Assembly: GCA_035292455.1 (NCBI GenBank)
Contig: DATDQC010000208.1
Span: 1 to 27,583 of the forward strand
Origin: Thermoplasmatota archaeon
Lineage (GTDB): Archaea; Thermoplasmatota; E2; JACPAO01; JAHFTW01
DNA: 27,583 nt
Reading direction: 5' to 3'
The first letter of the stretch is position 1. The number at the start of each line of letters is the position of its first letter. Under the pieces are notes generated by a model. The model did not search any database, had not been told where the DNA came from, and saw nothing but the letters and a program-made list of their open reading frames with translations. Positions 1-6,897 of the stretch are shown here, piece after piece. The translations under genes were made by a program, and so were the position numbers.

Positions 1-1
1 G

Positions 2-124
2 ACCCTCGTCCTCGACGCCCCGTGCTACCGGCGTCGGCTGGTGGTGGGGAAGGCGCGCGTCGAGCGGACGGCGAGCCGGAGCACCTGGCGCGTCGAGGCG
101 TGGCGGACGGAGGCTAAGAATTGA
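2..124 (+). CDS. C-terminal fragment of a hypothetical protein (gene begins before the window)
   Basis: Open frame from base 2 (TLVLDAPCYRRRLVVGKARVERTASRSTWRVEAWRTEAKN) to TGA at 122-124, with GC3-rich codons; function not recognised. Confidence 0.5.
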   Translation, partial: TLVLDAPCYRRRLVVGKARVERTASRSTWRVEAWRTEAKN

Positions 125-183
125 AACATGCCATGCCTCCCGGTTCCGCGAACCTTAAGCGGTGTCGCGTCCGTGCGCCGTCC

Positions 184-432
184 GTGCCCCGCCCGACCCC
201 CATCATCCTCTACGAGTTCGCGGCCTGCCACGACTCCGGCCAGGTACGGCGCCTGCTTCGCCAGCTCGACCTCGCCTACGAGCCACGCACACTCGTGCAG
301 GGCGACAAGTCGGTGGTGCGGCGCGAGTTCGCGAGCGAGTCGGTGCCGGTCCTGGTGGACGGCGAGTTCGTCTCCCACGACGTCCGGGAAATCTGCTGGC
401 ACCTCGAGGCGACCTACGGGGCGCCGGCCTAA
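184..432 (+). CDS. Stand-alone glutathione S-transferase N-terminal / glutaredoxin-like domain protein
   Basis: IILYEFAACHDSGQVRRLL...SVPVLVDGE...DVREICWHLEATYG matches the GST-N thioredoxin fold (CxxS, VPVL-DG). GTG at 184 chosen because AACCTTAAG (151-159) lies 24 nt upstream. Confidence 0.75.
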   Translation: MPRPTPIILYEFAACHDSGQVRRLLRQLDLAYEPRTLVQGDKSVVRREFASESVPVLVDGEFVSHDVREICWHLEATYGAPA

Positions 433-1340
433 CCCTGCAACGGCGCGAGGCCGAGCGTCAGGTCGGCCATCAGGGCCAGCAGAAGGAGGCCGAGGTACTG
501 GATGGAGAAGAAGAAGAACGAGCGGTAGCGCGGCGGCGACGGGCTCCGCAGCAGGCTCGCGGCGCGGCCCACCAGGACCAGTCCGAGGACCGCGGCCACG
601 GCGAGGTAGAGCCACCCCGCGGCGTCGAAGACCACGAGGACGAGGGAGGACGCGAGGGTGAGCCCGCTGTAGGCCAGGATGGCCCGGAGTGCCGCCCCCT
701 CGCCGCGGACGTTGGGGAGCATCGGCACCCCGGCGGCGGCGTAGTCGTCCTTGTAGAGGAGCGCCAGGGCCCAGAAGTGGGCGGGGGTCCAGACGAAGAC
801 CAGGAGGGCCAGGAGGAAGGCGGGCCACGCGGCGGGCCACGCCAGGCTGTGCGTCACCGCGGCCCAGCCGATGACCGCGGGGAAGCTCCCCGCGAGCCCA
901 CCGATGACGATGCTCTGCGGCGTCGTCGGCTTGAGGAGGACGGTGTAGACCACGACGTAGTAGGCGATAGCGCCCAGGGTGAGCATGGCGGCGAGGAGGT
1001 GCCCAGGGACGGCGAGGGCGGCGAAGCTCGCGGCGGCCATCACGGAGGCGTAGGCGAGGCCGGCCCCCACCGAGATGCGCCCCGCCGGGATGGGGCGGTT
1101 GGCGGTCCTCCCCATCAGGCCGTCGCGCTTGCGCTCGATGACGCTGTTGAAGGCGCCCGCCGAGGCGGTGCTCGCGAAGCCCGCCAGGGTGACCTCGGCG
1201 AACGCCGCCCCGTCCGGGGTGCCTTCGGCGGCGAGGAACATGGCGGCCCACGCCACCACGACGAGGAGGAGGAAGACGCGCGGCTTGGAGATGGCGAGGT
1301 AGTCCAGCACCACGGACCGCACGCCGCGGCGCTCAGCCAT
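429..1340 (-). CDS. cyoE: Protoheme IX farnesyltransferase (heme O synthase), UbiA superfamily
   Basis: YLAISKPR, FNSVIERKRDGLMGRTANRPIPAG, VVYTVLLK, FVWTPAHFWALAL..KDDYAAAGVPMLP motifs; multiple TM helices. Confidence 0.95.
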   Translation of the reverse strand: MAERRGVRSVVLDYLAISKPRVFLLLVVVAWAAMFLAAEGTPDGAAFAEVTLAGFASTASAGAFNSVIERKRDGLMGRTANRPIPAGRISVGAGLAYASVMAAASFAALAVPGHLLAAMLTLGAIAYYVVVYTVLLKPTTPQSIVIGGLAGSFPAVIGWAAVTHSLAWPAAWPAFLLALLVFVWTPAHFWALALLYKDDYAAAGVPMLPNVRGEGAALRAILAYSGLTLASSLVLVVFDAAGWLYLAVAAVLGLVLVGRAASLLRSPSPPRYRSFFFFSIQYLGLLLLALMADLTLGLAPLQG

Positions 1341-1857
1341 GGGTGGCCTCCCCGACCGGTCGGGGGCGAAGGAAGGCGAAGCAGGCCGCCACGGTGAGCA
1401 GGGTGAGCCACGACGCCGCCGTGACGAGGTGGGCGGTCGTCGCCCACGCCGGGTTGCCGGTCTTCACCGTCACGGCTCCGAGGAACGCCTGGAAGAAGTA
1501 GACCCCGAGCGCTCCGGCGGGGAGGAACCGGAGGGCGGGGTGGAGTTCCCTGCCCTTCACGCCGAGCCAGGCGTAGGCGGCGAGGGGGACGAGGATGAGG
1601 GCGACCACGGCGCGGTGGGCCCATTCGTAGAGCACCTGCGACTCCGTGTAGGCCACCGGCTCGCCCTGCCAGGTCCCGCCGTTCTGGGAGGACGGGAAGG
1701 GCGGGAACCAGTCGCCGTAGCACTGCGGCCAGTCTGGGCAGGCGAGCCCCGCGCCGTTGGCCTTGACCCACGCGCCGAGCGCCATGAGGAGGAGCGTCAT
1801 GCCCACCGTGGTGAGGGCGAGGCGGCGCATCCAAAGGAGGCGGTCGGCGGTCTCCAT
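1333..1857 (-). CDS. ctaA: Heme A synthase, COX15/CtaA family, short (about 4-TM) form
   Basis: GAGLACPDWPQC Cys pair, EWAHR, QAFLG and TAHL motifs; only 174 aa; overlaps the cyoE start by 8 nt. Confidence 0.88.
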   Translation of the reverse strand: METADRLLWMRRLALTTVGMTLLLMALGAWVKANGAGLACPDWPQCYGDWFPPFPSSQNGGTWQGEPVAYTESQVLYEWAHRAVVALILVPLAAYAWLGVKGRELHPALRFLPAGALGVYFFQAFLGAVTVKTGNPAWATTAHLVTAASWLTLLTVAACFAFLRPRPVGEATHG

Positions 1858-1908
1858 GAGGTCGAATCTGGAGGCAGGTGGGGCGCGATAAGAAGGTTGG
1901 GGGCCCGT

Positions 1909-3048
1909 TCAGGCGGTGCTGGGGTTGACCGCAGGAACCCGGGCAAGGCCCCGTGCCACCAGCACGGCCGACGCCGCGGCGAGGGTGGCGAGGATCCCGA
2001 GGGCCACCGCAGGGTGGGCGACGAGCCGGCCCGCGATCGGCCCGGCGGCGAAGGTCCCGAGGTAGCCCACCACGTTCTGGATGCCGTGGCCCCGCCCGCC
2101 CGAGCGGCCCGCCAGGCGGCTCACCTGGCTGGGGAGGACCGCGGAGAGGACGCCGTGGGTGGCGAAGAAGAGGATGCCGCCGAGCCAGAGCCAGGGCGGG
2201 GTGCCGTCCACGAAGAGGCCGGCGGCCCCCGCCAGCACCACCATCCCGGCGATGACCGGCTGCCACGTCGCGCGGCTGCGGTCGATGCCTTGGCTGGCGA
2301 CGGCGAGGAGGACGAGGGAGGCAAGAATGAGCAGCACGAAAGTCCCGCTGCCCACATCCGGGAGGAAGAAGACCACCGTGGTGAGGGCGTAGTTGACGGT
2401 AAAGCCGCAGGCGGCGAGGCTCAGCACCGGAAGGCCGAGGCTCCGGCGGTCCCCGGGCGGGGCGGAAATGTTCGTTGGGGACTTGCCATGGAACGCCAGG
2501 ATGGGGATCCCCGCCGCGAGCCCCATGGCGGCGGTGACCCAGAACAGGCCGGGGATGCCCCCGACGTGCGGGGCAAGGAGCGGGTTGGCGATGAAGCCGA
2601 GGAGGAAGCCGAGTCCGGCGGGGATGCCGATGAGGGCCATCGCGACGGTGCGGCGCTCCTCGGGGATGCGCTCCCCGACGGCGGCCATGGCGACACTGGC
2701 GACGGTCCCCATCCCCTGCAGCAGCCGGGCAGCGATGAGGGTCCCGATGCTGTCGGCGAGGGCGGCCCACACCGAGCCCGCGACGAAGAGGACGGTCCCC
2801 AAGATGAGGACCGGGCGCCGTCCGATGCGGTCGGAGAGGATGCCGAGCGGCAGCTGCATCAGGGCGAACGTCAGGCCGTAGGCGGAGAGGGCGGTCCCCA
2901 CCAGGACCGCGTTGCCGGTGAGGGTCTCGCCGTAGGCGCGGAAGCCGGGGAGGACGAGGCTGAGCCCAAAGACGCGCGAGAAGACCAGGAACGCCGCGGC
3001 GGCGACGATTCCGAGTTCGGGGCGGGTGAAGCCGGGCCTCCTCGGCAC
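1909..3048 (-). CDS. MFS transporter
   Basis: About 12 hydrophobic segments, MFS motif A (GILSDRIGRRPV), ARLLQGMG. GTG at 3048 preferred over the ORF-track start 3144 because AAAACCCTGAAG (3083-3072) lies 23 nt upstream. Confidence 0.9.
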   Translation of the reverse strand: MPRRPGFTRPELGIVAAAAFLVFSRVFGLSLVLPGFRAYGETLTGNAVLVGTALSAYGLTFALMQLPLGILSDRIGRRPVLILGTVLFVAGSVWAALADSIGTLIAARLLQGMGTVASVAMAAVGERIPEERRTVAMALIGIPAGLGFLLGFIANPLLAPHVGGIPGLFWVTAAMGLAAGIPILAFHGKSPTNISAPPGDRRSLGLPVLSLAACGFTVNYALTTVVFFLPDVGSGTFVLLILASLVLLAVASQGIDRSRATWQPVIAGMVVLAGAAGLFVDGTPPWLWLGGILFFATHGVLSAVLPSQVSRLAGRSGGRGHGIQNVVGYLGTFAAGPIAGRLVAHPAVALGILATLAAASAVLVARGLARVPAVNPSTA

Positions 3049-3175
3049 GGCCTGGGCTTCGCGTGCCCGCACTTCAGGGTTTTGGCGGCGGGACCTTCGT
3101 CCCGGCTTCGCCGGGCCGAAGGATTCCTCGCGGCCTTCGGCCATTTGGTCTCCCGCATTGAGTAGAGTCCGTCGG

Positions 3176-3277
3176 GGGAGATACCGGATTCGGAACCGGA
3201 GCGCAGCAGCGCTCCGGTTTAGCGAGCGAAGCGAGCGGAGAATCCGGCATCGACCGCGAGGAGCGGAGCGACGAAGC
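3176..3277 (-). repeat. tRNA-Lys 3'-end-derived structured element: direct repeat, inverted copy and hairpins
   Basis: 3176-3199 gggagataccggattcggaaccgg repeats 3278-3300 (tRNA T-arm/acceptor) with one extra g. 3240-3251 gaatccggcatc is an 11/12 inverted copy. Perfect 11-bp hairpin at 3194-3219; gcgagcgaagcgagc motif at about 3222-3236. Confidence 0.85.
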
Positions 3278-3352
3278 GGGAGATACCGGATTCGAACCGG
3301 TGAATGGCGGATTAAGAGTCCGCTGCCTTGGACCTGTCTCGGCTAATCTCCC
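3277..3352 (-). tRNA. tRNA-Lys(CTT)
   Basis: GGGAGAT/ATCTCCC acceptor stem, anticodon arm GCGGA-CTCTTAA-TCCGC, T-arm ACCGG-TTCGAAT-CCGGT, discriminator G; no encoded CCA, no intron. Confidence 0.96.
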
Positions 3353-3381
3353 AGGGGGCAAATCCGCGCGACTCGGAGGCC

Positions 3382-3392
3382 GTTGATAAGGG
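3382..3392 (-). promoter_or_regulatory. Putative TATA-like promoter for tRNA-Lys
   Basis: CCCTTATCAAC on the minus strand, 29 nt upstream of the tRNA 5' end. Confidence 0.5.
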
Positions 3393-3606
3393 CAACGGTG
3401 CGTCCAATCGATGGTGTCTTGGGCACCCGAGCATCAAGCAACCCGTTTCCCTGGAATGAATCAAGTTCCTGGTCATCCGACCACCCTTCGCGCGCGGCCG
3501 TTCTTGCCAACATCTGGCTAAGATGTCTGGCGCCGCTCGGACCAAGACAAGGATTAGAACCGCAATTCCAATCCATTTCCAGGCGCTATCTTCCATATAT
3601 TTTCTC

Positions 3607-4428
3607 TCAGTCGTCCTCGTCGCCGGCCTTGGCCTTGCCCTCGGCCGGCCCTTCGGCGTCCTTCCCGCCGTCGGCTCCGCCGTCGCCGCCCTCGGCCCGG
3701 CGGGCGGCGTCCGCCGCCTCGTCCGCGGCCTTCTTCTCGGCGTCGCTGGCGCTGGTGCCGAACTCCTCCCGGAGTTTGGCCATGGTCTCCTCGTCGGTGA
3801 ACTTGCTGAGGAACTTGGCGTCCACCGACTCGGTGACGTAGACCGACTTGCCGGCGCGGAAGATGAAGTTCCCCGCCCCGGTGGCGGCCTTGACGTCCAC
3901 CTCGAGGAGGATGGGGTCGCTGATGTGGACCCGGCCGGCGGAGTACGCCTTGTCGGGGCTCGCCGAGAGGTGGATCATGTTGCGGTCCGAGGGCCTGAGG
4001 CCGTTCTCCAGGACGAGGTCAAGCTCCTCCTCCACGACGGGGAAGTAGAGCTTGTCCACGTTGGCCTCCGGGAGGTCATCCAGGTTGACGGGGATGGAGT
4101 GCGCGTAGGTGGCGCGGATCATCCCGCCGTCGATCTGGTAGCGCCCCTTCTCGTCGGTCTCCACGAGGGCCTCGATGTGCTCGCGGTGGAGCCAGCGCGC
4201 CATGTTGGGGCGGGAGTTGCGGATGGCCTCCACGAAGGCGTCGAGGTCCACCCAGCCGCGGCCGTCCATGGTGAGGTTGAACCTCTCCGGGAAGTGGCGG
4301 AGGATGCCGGCCATCATGCGGCCGACGCGGTCGATCTCGTGGTCCTTCATCACGAAGCGGCCGCGCTCGTCGCACAGGGGGCAGAGTTCGCCGCGGTAGA
4401 ATCCATGGGTCCTGCATTGGGCAAGCAT
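3607..4428 (-). CDS. kptA: RNA 2'-phosphotransferase KptA/Tpt1
   Basis: N-terminal CRTHG...CPLC knuckle, GILRHFP, MDGRGWV, RYQ...IRATYAHS, IHLS motifs; acidic Ala/Gly-rich C-terminal tail. Confidence 0.93.
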   Translation of the reverse strand: MLAQCRTHGFYRGELCPLCDERGRFVMKDHEIDRVGRMMAGILRHFPERFNLTMDGRGWVDLDAFVEAIRNSRPNMARWLHREHIEALVETDEKGRYQIDGGMIRATYAHSIPVNLDDLPEANVDKLYFPVVEEELDLVLENGLRPSDRNMIHLSASPDKAYSAGRVHISDPILLEVDVKAATGAGNFIFRAGKSVYVTESVDAKFLSKFTDEETMAKLREEFGTSASDAEKKAADEAADAARRAEGGDGGADGGKDAEGPAEGKAKAGDEDD

Positions 4429-4432
4429 GGTA

Positions 4433-4503
4433 AGGGGAGAGAGGGAATCGAACCCCCGTGACAGGCTCTGCAGGCCCGTGCATAGCCACTTTGCTATCTC
4501 CCC
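4433..4503 (-). tRNA. tRNA-Cys(GCA)
   Basis: GGGGAGA/TCTCCCC acceptor stem, anticodon arm CGGGC-CTGCAGA-GCCTG, T-arm GGGGG-TTCGATT-CCCTC, discriminator U typical of Cys. Confidence 0.95.
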
Positions 4504-4570
4504 GCCACGGGGGCTCCCGATTTGCGCGACACCAGGGAGGTATATGAAGCGTGGGGAAGGAAGGGTCGGC

Positions 4571-5503
4571 TCAGGCGAGCACGGCGTAGGTGTTGATGTC
4601 CACGGTGGGCTCTCCGATGAAGATGCTCTGGATGATCTTGCCGCGGATGCCGGCGTCCACGCCGACGCCGCTGCAGCCGTCCACGCAGATGAGGTCGGTG
4701 TTCTCGTTGATCTCGGTGTAGAACTCGCCGTGCGGGAAGACCGTCGTGAAGAAGTTGTCGATGGCGGGCTCCCACGGGATGTTGCGGCCGGCGTTGGTCT
4801 CGTTGTTGACCTCGCCGTTCAGGTTCACCGTGCGGACGTAGTCGGTGTCGAGGACCTCGGCCTCCGCCCAGTAGCGGTCGAGGATCTGGTCGCCGTCGTC
4901 GTCGATGGCGATGACGAAGCCGTAGTCGCCGACCTGGTTGAACTTCGCCTCGGTGACCATGTAGGTGACGTCGGCGGCGATGTCCGTGATGTTGCTGTTG
5001 AACCCGGTGCGCTCGCTCTCCCCAGAGAAATCGAAGAAACAGTTGAGGCCATTGCCGGCCACGATGACCACTTCGGCGGTGCAGGTCATGAAGATGCTGT
5101 ACTCGTTGGTGATGATGCGGCCCGACTCGCTGGAGATGCGGCGCGCCACCAGGTTGAGCTCGGCGTACTCGCCCTCGCGGACCTCGATGGGCTGCGGTGC
5201 GGCTTCGTGGTCCGCTACGTCGGCACGCGCCACGTAGCTGCCCGGGTCGAGGTCGGTGAACGAGAAGACCCCCTCCGCGTCCGACGTCGTGGTGAGCCCC
5301 ACGGGCCCCAGCAGGACGAGTCCGCCCGGGAGAGGGCGGAAGGCGTCGTCGATGAGGAGACCGGTGATGGCCCCCTTGCCCGCCTCGATGGGCGGAAGGG
5401 TGGTGGTCTCGCCGCCTCCCCCGCCGCCTCCGCCGTCGGAGCAGCCGGCGAACGCCAGGCTGAGCATCGGCAGCAGGGTCAGGATGAACGTGCGGGGCTT
5501 CAT
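4571..5503 (-). CDS. Lipoprotein with carboxypeptidase-regulatory-like (prealbumin-fold) domain
   Basis: MKPRTFILTLLPMLSLAFAG-C lipobox, Gly linker, GAITGLLIDDAFRPLPG...TTSDAEGVFSFTDLDPGSYV domain; DDDGD Ca-binding-like motif. ATG overlaps the upstream stop (ATGA). Confidence 0.8.
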   Translation of the reverse strand: MKPRTFILTLLPMLSLAFAGCSDGGGGGGGGETTTLPPIEAGKGAITGLLIDDAFRPLPGGLVLLGPVGLTTTSDAEGVFSFTDLDPGSYVARADVADHEAAPQPIEVREGEYAELNLVARRISSESGRIITNEYSIFMTCTAEVVIVAGNGLNCFFDFSGESERTGFNSNITDIAADVTYMVTEAKFNQVGDYGFVIAIDDDGDQILDRYWAEAEVLDTDYVRTVNLNGEVNNETNAGRNIPWEPAIDNFFTTVFPHGEFYTEINENTDLICVDGCSGVGVDAGIRGKIIQSIFIGEPTVDINTYAVLA

Positions 5504-6816
5504 GCCGATCGCCTCCGCAGCATGGCGACGGCAGCCAAGGCGCCGAGCACCAGGACCGGCGCCAGGCCGGGCGAGCCCTTGCCGCCCTCCTTGGTCGTCT
5601 CCACGACCTCGCCCGACTCGTCCACGCCGAAGGCGCGCTTGCCCTCGACGGTGAAGAGGCCGTCGCCGGTGGCGGTCGCGGTGTGGGCCAGGTTGGGGAC
5701 CGCGATGCGGATGGTGTAGTCGCCGTTGGGGGCGTCCTCGTCGCGGAACTCCCAGAGGTAGGTGACCTCGGCCGCCTTGTCGTGGAGGCCGTGCACGTGG
5801 GCGTTCTGGGTCACGACCTGCCGCAGCTCCTGCGGCTGCGCCGGGCCCTCGATGCTCACGGTGATGTTGGCGACGTCCACGTCGTAGGTGCCCCACGGGG
5901 AGTTCACCGCGGTGTGGATGAGGAGGGTGCCGGCCGCCACCTGGGGGTGGATGTACTCGATGTAGACCGGGTTCAGGATGGCCAGGTCGAGGCGGGGAAG
6001 GTGGTCCTGGTCGAGGGCGAGGCGCATGTAGCCCTCCGCCGGCTCCTCCTCGCCGAAGGCGCCCTGCGGGTTCTGGAACCAGTCGAGGCGGATGTTGTAG
6101 GCGTCCGCCTTCGGGATGGTGGTTTCGGAGAGGTCCATCGGGATGGCGAACTCCACGATGCCGGCCTCGTCGGGGACGAGGATGGGGACGCCGTCGGGCC
6201 CTTCCTGGCTGGGGATGGCGCCGTTGAGCCCGAGCGTCTGGGTGTCGAGGACGTGGGCGGTGAGCGAGCCCTGCATGATCAGCTTCCCGGCGTCGAGGTT
6301 GCTGTCGGGGCCTACCTCGTTCCCGGTCCGCATGGTGGCGCGCATCGTGAAGGCGGGGAGGGCGTTGGGGAGGCCGGTCCAGCCCACGGCCTGCAGCTCC
6401 GAGAGGCTCTCCGTGCTGAAGAAGTCCCGCACCTCGACGTAGAGGTGGACGACGGGGGTGACGCCGTCGTCGATTTTGACCTCCTGGGCGATGCCGCGTT
6501 CGGGGTGGAACCGGGGCCGCCCGTTCTCGATGAAGTCGTACTCCACGGGGCCCGAGGTGGCGAACCCGTAGATGGTGTTGAAGTCGAAGGTCCCGAGCGG
6601 GGTCGCGGGCAGGGTCGGGAAACTCGTGCCGCCGACCTCGAAGAACGCGACGTCCATCGGCTGCGTGTTGATGGGGAAGGCGTTGAAGGTGTCGAAGATG
6701 TGGAAGTAGAGCGTCGTGGGCGTCGACCGTTCAGGATTCTGAAGCTCGGCCGACGAGGATGGCACCCAGGCAAGCAGGAGGGCCAGCATGGTGGCCCCAA
6801 GCACTCGCACCCGCAT
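5500..6816 (-). CDS. Secreted surface protein with PGF-CTERM-like C-terminal sorting signal
   Basis: Signal peptide MRVRVLGATMLALLLAWVPSSSA; C-terminus KGSPGLAPVLVLGALAAVAMLRRRSA (PG-hydrophobic, TM, basic tail). ATG 6816 is 24 nt after AAGGTTGAAG (6850-6841). Confidence 0.8.
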   Translation of the reverse strand: MRVRVLGATMLALLLAWVPSSSAELQNPERSTPTTLYFHIFDTFNAFPINTQPMDVAFFEVGGTSFPTLPATPLGTFDFNTIYGFATSGPVEYDFIENGRPRFHPERGIAQEVKIDDGVTPVVHLYVEVRDFFSTESLSELQAVGWTGLPNALPAFTMRATMRTGNEVGPDSNLDAGKLIMQGSLTAHVLDTQTLGLNGAIPSQEGPDGVPILVPDEAGIVEFAIPMDLSETTIPKADAYNIRLDWFQNPQGAFGEEEPAEGYMRLALDQDHLPRLDLAILNPVYIEYIHPQVAAGTLLIHTAVNSPWGTYDVDVANITVSIEGPAQPQELRQVVTQNAHVHGLHDKAAEVTYLWEFRDEDAPNGDYTIRIAVPNLAHTATATGDGLFTVEGKRAFGVDESGEVVETTKEGGKGSPGLAPVLVLGALAAVAMLRRRSA

Positions 6817-6897
6817 AGGGCATGGGTCGTCGCCGTCCGACTTCAACCTTGTGGTCATGGCGGCCAAACGCCCAACCGGAGGATCCGGGCGGTCCGG

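Noticed and set aside
4571-5896. 441-aa ORF as called by the track
   Set aside because: The first 131 codons overlap the upstream gene in another frame; the real start is the signal-peptide ATG at 5503.
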